32,000 nucleotides of DNA from Okeania sp. (GTDB lineage Bacteria; Cyanobacteriota; Cyanobacteriia; Cyanobacteriales; Microcoleaceae). The DNA lies in NCBI RefSeq assembly GCF_035285525.1, contig NZ_JAYKGW010000154.1, positions 5,870 through 37,869 on the forward strand, in the 5' to 3' direction. Of this stretch, positions 22,765-29,226 are shown piece after piece (within the stretch, counting starts at the first letter, position 1; each line of letters starts with the position of its first letter). Under the pieces are notes generated by a model, which saw only the letters and a list, made by a program, of their open reading frames with translations, was not told where the DNA came from and ran no database searches. The translations under genes and the position numbers were made by a program.

Positions 22765-22867
22765 CGGTTCCCGAAAAATTGGAGAACAAGGTTATAGCAT
22801 CAGAAAAGAGAGAAAACTCCTAGTTTGTAGAGGGTGCGGTTCCCGAAAAATTGGAGACCAAACCCCT
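22765..22867. repeat. Direct repeat cggttcccgaaaaattggaga (22765-22785 and 22837-22857), the second copy running into a GGAGACCAAACCCC motif
   Basis: The two 21-nt copies are identical. The second continues as ttggagaccaaacccctaag. Confidence 0.85.
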
Positions 22868-23006
22868 AAGGTCTTGAACTATACCGAATACTAACGGATT
22901 TAATATTAGAACTAATTTTTAGATAATTTAGATATTTCCAAATACTGAGATTGACTAAAACCAAACCGGTTTCTATACTAAAATTTATAAGATCAGAATA
23001 AATATT

Positions 23007-26000
23007 ATGAATCAACCAGAAGAAGCACAACAGCAATATAATGATAATGAAATTGCTATCATAGGAATGTCTGGGCGTTTTCCAGGGGCAAGAAACTTGG
23101 ATGAGTTTTGGGATAATCTCAAGAATGGTGTTGAATCTATCTCATTATTATCAGATAAACAATTAATAAAATCTGGTGTTGCCCCCGAAATACTCAATAA
23201 TCCTAGCTATGTAAAAGTCGGTTCTACGGTTTCAGACATTGAAATGTTTGATGCTAACTTTTTTAACTACAGTCCCAGAGAAGCAGAAGAAATAGATCCA
23301 CAACAACGACTTTTTTTAGAGTGTGCTTGGGAAGCAATCGAAAGTAGTGGTTATAATCCAGAAAAATATGAAGGTTCCATTGGGGTTTATTCTGGCAGTG
23401 GACTGCCCACCTATTTAATGTATAACCTCGAAGAACAAGATTTTATTCTCCTGGGTAATCGCTACTTTACCCAAATGGTGGCTAATGACAAAGATTACTT
23501 AGCAACCCGCACCGCTTACAAACTAAACCTTACCGGACCAGCAATCACTATTCAAACAGCTTGCTCAACATCATTAGTTGCCGTACATTTGGCTTGTCAA
23601 AGTTTGCTCAATGGAGAATGTGACATGGCTTTAGCAGGTGGTGTTTCCATCCAAGTCCCTCAAAATGTGGGATACTTACATCAAGAGGGATTGATCGGTT
23701 CTCACGATGGTCATTGTCGTGCCTTTGATGCTAAAAGTTCGGGAACAGTTTTTGGTAATGGTGTGGGAGTTGTGTTACTGAAACCACTTCCAGATGCTAT
23801 AGCAGATGGAGATATTATTCATGCTGTGATTAAGGGTTCGGCGATTAATAATGATGGTTCTTTGAAACTAGGTTATACTGCTCCCAGTGTAGATGGTCAA
23901 GCAGCAGTTATTTCTGAAGCTCAAGCTGTCGCGAGTATAAGTCCAGAAACAATTACATACATAGAAGCTCATGGTACGGGGACAGAATTAGGAGATCCCA
24001 TTGAAATTGAAGCTTTAACCAAAGCCTTTTCCGAAAGCACCGATAAAAAACAATTTTGTGCTATAGGTTCCCTGAAAACAAATGTGGGACACATGAATAC
24101 GGCAGCAGGGGTAGGAGCATTGATTAAAACTGTTTTGGCTCTCAAACATAATTTAATACCTCCCAGTCTCCACTACGAAAAACCTAATCCCCAAATTAAT
24201 TTTAGCGATACTCCCTTTTACGTCAACAATACTTTATCTGAGTGGAAAGGGAACGGCATTCCTCTACGAGCTGGAGTTAGTTCTTTTGGAATAGGTGGAA
24301 CTAACTCTCACGTTGTGTTGGAAGAAGCTCCCACTCTGGAGAAAGCAGAAGATGATTTACCACGTCCGGTTCATATATTAACTTTGTCAGCAAAGACTGA
24401 CACAGCTTTATCAGATTTAGTCGATAGTTATCATCAGTATTTAAAGAGTAATCCAGATTTAGATATAGGAGATGTTTGTTTCACTGCTAATACAGGAAAA
24501 GTTCATTTTCACCACAGATTAGCAGTTGTTGCTGCCAACCAAACAGAATTAATCGAAAAACTAGAACAGTTAAAATCAGTAGGGACGTTGTATGCAACGT
24601 CCCTACCTGGTATCTGTTCTGGAAAACTGTTAATGAATGCTGCTCCTCCTAAAGTCGCCTTTCTATTCACTGGTCAAGGTTCCCAATATCTCAATATGGG
24701 CAAGGAATTATACGAACAAGCACCAGTTTTCCAAGCAACACTTGATGAATGTGATGAAATATTAGGGGAACTTGGTGTCACCTCCATATTAGAAATTATC
24801 TATCCTGATGCAGAGACATCACCCCTAGACCAAACAGCTTATACCCAACCGGCTCTATTTGCTATAGAATATGCTCTAGCCAAATTATGGGAATCTTGGG
24901 GCATTCAACCAGATGTAGTTATGGGTCATAGTGTCGGTGAATATGTGGCAGCAACAGTGGCCGGAATATTTAGTTTAGAAGATGGTCTAAAATTGATAGC
25001 AGCAAGGGGTCAGTTGATGCAAAAGTTACCTGCTGGTGGAGAAATGGTGGCGGTGATGGCATCAGAAGCAAAAGTCAAAAGTCTCCTTACACCTTATAGA
25101 GAAAAAGTAGCGATCGCAGCTATAAATGGACCCAAAAGTGTGGTAATTTCTGGTGAAGCGACAGCAGTAAGGGAAATTGTTAGCAGTTTAGAATCAGAAA
25201 AAATCAAAACTAAACAATTACAGGTATCTCACGCATTCCATTCACCATTGATGGAACCTATGTTAGCAGAATGGGAAGCAGTAGCTCAGGAACTGACTTA
25301 TAATCAACCAGAAATTCCGATTATATCGAACGTTACCGGAACAATAGCAGACGCAAGTATTACAACACCAAAGTATTGGGTAGATCATGTACGTTTACCA
25401 GTAAGGTTTGTTGACGGTATGAATGCTTTAGACAAACAGGGGGTTGACATTTTCCTAGAAGTCGGACCAAAACCAATATTGCTGGGAATGGGTCGCCGAT
25501 GTTTACCTAAAGATGTGGGTGTTTGGTTGCCATCATTACGTCCTGATGTAGGGCAGTTTTCTGAGATACTTTGTACTTTAGGAGAGTTATATGTGCGGGG
25601 TGTAAAAGTAGACTGGGTAGAATTTGATGGAGAATATATTCGTCAGAAAGTGACATTACCTACTTACCCATTCCAGCGACAAAAATACTGGCTCGATAAC
25701 TATTCACGGGGAGCAAGTTCGGCTTCAGTTAATCGGGATCGGAGTTTGATCGCTGAGGAGGAAATATCCAATTCTTTATTAGGTCGTAAATTACCTTTAC
25801 CCTTTGCCCAACAATTTCGCTTTCAGACTAAATTAACTCCTGAGTTTCCTTCTTATGTAAAAGACCACAGATATTACGGCAGAATAGTTGTAGCTGGTGC
25901 ATCTCACATTGTTTTTGGTTTGCTAGCGGGTAAAGAAGCACTAAAAAGTGAGTCTTGCATTGTAGAAAATATTGAGTTTTTGCAGATATTGGGAGCAGAT

Positions 26001-28706
26001 GAAACTTCTAGTCGAACAGTGCAGATAGTCCTAGATCGAGAAAAAGATACAGAATATACTTATCAGTTGATCAGTTGTGAAGCAGGAACAGAATATGACC
26101 CATCAACAACTTGGACGGTTCATATTAAAGCCAAAGTTCGCTCTGTGAATAATTCAGAGTTACCGAAAGAAAATATTGATATTAAAGCATTAAAAACGCG
26201 ATGTGTTCATTCTTTTTCCAGCAGTGAATATTACTCAACTGCACTGGAACCGATGAAAGGAGATTTTCATCTGGGGCCGACATTTCAATGGACAGAACAA
26301 GCTTGGATCGGCGGTACAGAAAGCTTGGTAAAAATAAAATCTGCTGAAAACAATGAAGAAATGCAGGAATATTGGCCTCATCCTGGTATGGTTGATTCTG
26401 GAATTGTGCCCATAGCTCTGTTGTCATTACTACAACAGTTTTCTGAAAATAATGATAATGGCAAAAGACCTACTATAGAGAGGGATGTAGAAATTCCTAC
26501 TTACGCATTTGCTGGAGCGAAGAGTTTTAAGTTTTTTGATAATTTTGACATTGATGATGAATTGTGGTACTACACAAAAATTGACGATTCCAGTTCTTAC
26601 GAGCAAGGAGAACTGCAAGGTAATACTTATTTGCTCAATGGAAATGGCAAAATATTAGCAGAATATAGGGGAATAAACTTCCGTCAACTAAGTCGCAAGT
26701 TATTGTTGAGGAGTTTTGGGTTAGATTTTAGTCAATGGTATTATCAAACAGAATGGCAACCTTCTCCTTTAATGTCTGGTGACGCACAGGAACCAGGAAC
26801 TTATCTGTTATTTTGCCCTACAGGAGAATCAAATACTAAGTTAAAAGAATGGAGCGATCGCCTAAACTCGAACTTATTAAAGCCAGGTAATCAGTGTATA
26901 GTTGTTTATCCAGGAGATAGTTATCAAAAGCTATCTTCTGAAGACAAAAAGCAGACAATTCAATTATCTCCAACAGAACCAGAACATTTTTCTAAGTTAC
27001 TAGATGAAGTAAATGAGTTAACAGAAGAGCTACCTTTGAAGAGTGTGATTCACCTTTGGAGTTTAGATACAAATGTTGATGATTTGACAAAAACAGAAGA
27101 AATAATTTGTGGTAGTATTATTCACTTATTGCAAGGGATACAATCTCTAGAAAAATCACCTCCTCTGTTATTAGTTACTCAAGGTGCTTTACTAGGAGTT
27201 GGAACTAAAGATTCAGAAGTAAGTATTAACTCTCAACCCCAGCAATCTCTTTTATGGGGGGTAAGCAAAGCCATAAGTTTGGAGTATCCGCAGTTAGACT
27301 GTCGTTGTTTAGATCTAGATCCTCAGACAGATGAACCAGAAAGCATAAAAGTTTTGTTGGATGAAGTCGCCTACCAGCAAACATCAACCAGTGGAGAAAA
27401 TCAAATTTGCTATCGTCAAGGTGAACGGCAAGTAGCAAGACTCACTCAACCGAAGTTAGATACAGATACCAAATTAACTATTGAGACGGAAGCAAGTTAT
27501 GTGATTACTGGTGGTTTAGGTGCTTTGGGATTAGAAGTGGCTCAGTTCCTAGTCAAACAGGGAGTGAAGAGTATAGTCTTAATAGGGCGCAACTCTCCCT
27601 CAGAAACCGCCCAGGAAAGTATTCAAGAGTTAGAAGCAGCAGGAACTCAAGTTTCAGTATTCTTGGGAGATGTGTCTGTGGAAAAAGATATGGTTGATAT
27701 TTTCCAAAAGATACAGACATCCTTACCTCCCCTTAAAGGTGTAATTCATGCTGCTGGAGTGGTAGATGACGGATTTATACAACAAATGAGTTGGCAACAA
27801 TTTACAAAAGTTACTGCTCCCAAAGTAGCTGGAACTTGGAATATACATAAACTAACAAAAGATATACCATTAGATTTATTTGTTTGCTTTTCCTCCATTG
27901 CATCGGTCTTAGGTTCCCCTGGTCAAAGTAATTATGCTGCAGCTAACGCTTTTATGGATGCAGTCGCCCAATACCGTCAAAATATAGGATTACCAGGATT
28001 GAGTATTAACTGGGGACCTTGGGCAAATATTGGTATCGCTGCTAGACTGGGGGCACAACAACAAAGTCGGATTCAAAGCCAAGGTTTACAAGGAATTACA
28101 ACGGAGCAAGGGTTACAAGCTTTAGAAGAAGTATTAGCTACCGAAGCAGCACAGATAGCAATATTTAATGTTAACTGGCAGCAGTTATTGAGTCAATTTG
28201 GCTCGATGACTCCAGCATTCCTATCAGAAATAGCAAGTAAGCATCCACTTCAAGGTCAAGGAAACCAAGGACCAAAACAGCGGGAGTTGTTAGAACAAAT
28301 GAAGGTAGGAACAACTGACCAAAGACAAAGGTTAATGGTTGATTATTTGATTGGTGTTGTTGCTAAAGTCTTGAGGCGGGGTAAAAATGATTTACCAGAT
28401 CCAGAGGAAGGATTCTTTAATTTAGGAATGGATTCCCTGATGGCACTAGATTTTGGGCAAATGATTCAGGTAGATTTAGGTATGACTTTGTCCTCAACTT
28501 CTACTTTTGAGTATCCAAATATTCAGGCATTAGCTGAATATTTAGAGGAAATAATTCCCAAAATAGATGAGACGGAAACTGAGTCTGGAAAAGCTGATGC
28601 TGTAGTTGATTCAGAAAATTTAATTACAGAGATTAGTCAGCTTTCAGAAGACCAAATGGATGCAGCTATTGATGAAGCTCTGACTCAACTTTATCAATTT
28701 ATATAA
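23007..28706 (+). CDS. Type I polyketide synthase, KS-AT-DH(like)-KR-ACP (PKS3)
   Basis: 1899 aa. The domains were recognised by motif (see the domain features). There is an acidic N-terminus (MNQPEEAQQQYNDNE) and a helical C-terminal docking-like tail. Confidence 0.97.
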   Translation: MNQPEEAQQQYNDNEIAIIGMSGRFPGARNLDEFWDNLKNGVESISLLSDKQLIKSGVAPEILNNPSYVKVGSTVSDIEMFDANFFNYSPREAEEIDPQQRLFLECAWEAIESSGYNPEKYEGSIGVYSGSGLPTYLMYNLEEQDFILLGNRYFTQMVANDKDYLATRTAYKLNLTGPAITIQTACSTSLVAVHLACQSLLNGECDMALAGGVSIQVPQNVGYLHQEGLIGSHDGHCRAFDAKSSGTVFGNGVGVVLLKPLPDAIADGDIIHAVIKGSAINNDGSLKLGYTAPSVDGQAAVISEAQAVASISPETITYIEAHGTGTELGDPIEIEALTKAFSESTDKKQFCAIGSLKTNVGHMNTAAGVGALIKTVLALKHNLIPPSLHYEKPNPQINFSDTPFYVNNTLSEWKGNGIPLRAGVSSFGIGGTNSHVVLEEAPTLEKAEDDLPRPVHILTLSAKTDTALSDLVDSYHQYLKSNPDLDIGDVCFTANTGKVHFHHRLAVVAANQTELIEKLEQLKSVGTLYATSLPGICSGKLLMNAAPPKVAFLFTGQGSQYLNMGKELYEQAPVFQATLDECDEILGELGVTSILEIIYPDAETSPLDQTAYTQPALFAIEYALAKLWESWGIQPDVVMGHSVGEYVAATVAGIFSLEDGLKLIAARGQLMQKLPAGGEMVAVMASEAKVKSLLTPYREKVAIAAINGPKSVVISGEATAVREIVSSLESEKIKTKQLQVSHAFHSPLMEPMLAEWEAVAQELTYNQPEIPIISNVTGTIADASITTPKYWVDHVRLPVRFVDGMNALDKQGVDIFLEVGPKPILLGMGRRCLPKDVGVWLPSLRPDVGQFSEILCTLGELYVRGVKVDWVEFDGEYIRQKVTLPTYPFQRQKYWLDNYSRGASSASVNRDRSLIAEEEISNSLLGRKLPLPFAQQFRFQTKLTPEFPSYVKDHRYYGRIVVAGASHIVFGLLAGKEALKSESCIVENIEFLQILGADETSSRTVQIVLDREKDTEYTYQLISCEAGTEYDPSTTWTVHIKAKVRSVNNSELPKENIDIKALKTRCVHSFSSSEYYSTALEPMKGDFHLGPTFQWTEQAWIGGTESLVKIKSAENNEEMQEYWPHPGMVDSGIVPIALLSLLQQFSENNDNGKRPTIERDVEIPTYAFAGAKSFKFFDNFDIDDELWYYTKIDDSSSYEQGELQGNTYLLNGNGKILAEYRGINFRQLSRKLLLRSFGLDFSQWYYQTEWQPSPLMSGDAQEPGTYLLFCPTGESNTKLKEWSDRLNSNLLKPGNQCIVVYPGDSYQKLSSEDKKQTIQLSPTEPEHFSKLLDEVNELTEELPLKSVIHLWSLDTNVDDLTKTEEIICGSIIHLLQGIQSLEKSPPLLLVTQGALLGVGTKDSEVSINSQPQQSLLWGVSKAISLEYPQLDCRCLDLDPQTDEPESIKVLLDEVAYQQTSTSGENQICYRQGERQVARLTQPKLDTDTKLTIETEASYVITGGLGALGLEVAQFLVKQGVKSIVLIGRNSPSETAQESIQELEAAGTQVSVFLGDVSVEKDMVDIFQKIQTSLPPLKGVIHAAGVVDDGFIQQMSWQQFTKVTAPKVAGTWNIHKLTKDIPLDLFVCFSSIASVLGSPGQSNYAAANAFMDAVAQYRQNIGLPGLSINWGPWANIGIAARLGAQQQSRIQSQGLQGITTEQGLQALEEVLATEAAQIAIFNVNWQQLLSQFGSMTPAFLSEIASKHPLQGQGNQGPKQRELLEQMKVGTTDQRQRLMVDYLIGVVAKVLRRGKNDLPDPEEGFFNLGMDSLMALDFGQMIQVDLGMTLSSTSTFEYPNIQALAEYLEEIIPKIDETETESGKADAVVDSENLITEISQLSEDQMDAAIDEALTQLYQFI
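23049..24329 (+). other. PKS3 ketosynthase domain (hybrid NRPS-to-PKS type signature)
   Basis: IQTACSTSLVAVHLACQSL (Cys186, codon 23562-23564), EAHGTGT and TNVGHMNTAAG. The TACSTSL spelling is common in KSs that accept chains from a PCP. Confidence 0.9.
24579..24606 (+). repeat. 28-nt perfect-arm palindrome (copy 2) embedded in frame in the KS-AT linker of PKS3
   Basis: gtagggacgttg-tatg-caacgtccctac begins exactly at codon 525 and is read as VGTLYATSL(P). Paralogous linkers in PKS1 (QGEEVTGICSGK) and PKS4 lack it. Confidence 0.9.
24648..25544 (+). other. PKS3 acyltransferase domain (malonyl-type signature)
   Basis: FLFTGQGSQ, GHSVGEY (Ser642) and HAFHS (aa 742-746). It is visibly very similar at nucleotide level to the ATs of PKS1 and PKS4. 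Confidence 0.9.
25767..26711 (+). other. PKS3 dehydratase-like domain with divergent motifs
   Basis: VKDHRYYGRIVVAGASHI (His954 and Gly958, but Ala963 where Pro is usual), FHLGPTFQ instead of Y.YGP.F, and HPGMVDSGIV (Asp1130 present, no Gln/His at +4). Confidence 0.6.
27492..28031 (+). other. PKS3 ketoreductase catalytic subdomain
   Basis: YVITGGLGALGL, HAAGVVDDG (an LDD-like, B-type indication) and GSPGQSNYAAANAF with the catalytic Tyr present. The structural subdomain is roughly 26790-27461. Confidence 0.9.
28320..28550 (+). other. PKS3 acyl carrier protein domain
   Basis: FFNLGMDSLMALDF, with Ser1810 at codon 28434-28436. Confidence 0.9.
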
Positions 28707-28708
28707 AA

Positions 28709-28902
28709 TAGGGAACAGGGAACAGGTATGGAGGGAATAGTTTCATCTAAAAATGTAGGTTGGGTTGAGGTACGAAACCCAACAAAACTTGATTAGGGAA
28801 CAGGGAACAGGTATGGAGGGAACAGGGAATAGGTATGGAGGGAACAGTTACACCTAAAAATGTAGGTTGGGTTGAGGTACGAAACCCAACAAAACTTGAT
28901 TA
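28709..28902. repeat. Tandem pair (87 and 107 nt) of a composite repeat: GGGAACA-type heptamers plus the GTAGGTTGGGTTGAGGTACGAAACCCAAC hairpin
   Basis: Copy 1 is 28709-28795 and copy 2 is 28796-28902. Copy 2 has an internal duplication of gggaa(c/t)aggtatggagggaaca. The hairpin cores are at 28755-28783 and 28862-28890. It starts 3 nt after the PKS3 stop. Confidence 0.9.
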
Positions 28903-29001
28903 GGTTCAACCCAACAAAGCTTGATTATGGTTGGGTTATAGCAACCGCCAAGGCAGTTAGGACATATTAAAAGCCTAAAATCCAGACAAAGCCAGATTTT
29001 T

Positions 29002-29029
29002 CCTTCTGCCTTCTACCCTCTGCCTTCTG
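29002..29029. repeat. Heptamer short tandem repeat CCTTCTG (4 copies, 2 degenerate)
   Basis: ccttctg ccttcta ccctctg ccttctg was read directly. Confidence 0.8.
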
Positions 29030-29098
29030 CTATATTCTCACGGAGAAGTAAGCTACGTCCCATGCTATACTACTCAACTTTATCAAAGGAGGCACAAA

Positions 29099-29122
29099 GT
29101 AGGGACTATGCAACGTCCCTAC
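29099..29122. repeat. Palindrome GTAGGGAC-TATG-CAACGTCCCTAC (copy 3, shortened)
   Basis: gtagggactatgcaacgtccctac belongs to the same family as 3895-3922 and 24579-24606. Confidence 0.85.
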
Positions 29123-29166
29123 TCAACGGGAGCCAGATGCTCCCACTATCTAAAGCCTAGATTGTT

Positions 29167-29195
29167 GTTGGGTTTCGTACCTCAACCCAACCTAC
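29167..29195. repeat. Inverted copy of the 29-nt GTAGGTTGGGTTGAGGTACGAAACCCAAC core
   Basis: gttgggtttcgtacctcaacccaacctac is the exact reverse complement of 28755-28783 and 28862-28890. It ends 31 nt before the PKS4 ATG. Confidence 0.9.
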
Positions 29196-29226
29196 ACCTA
29201 ATATCTACCAAAAAAGGAATTAAAAA

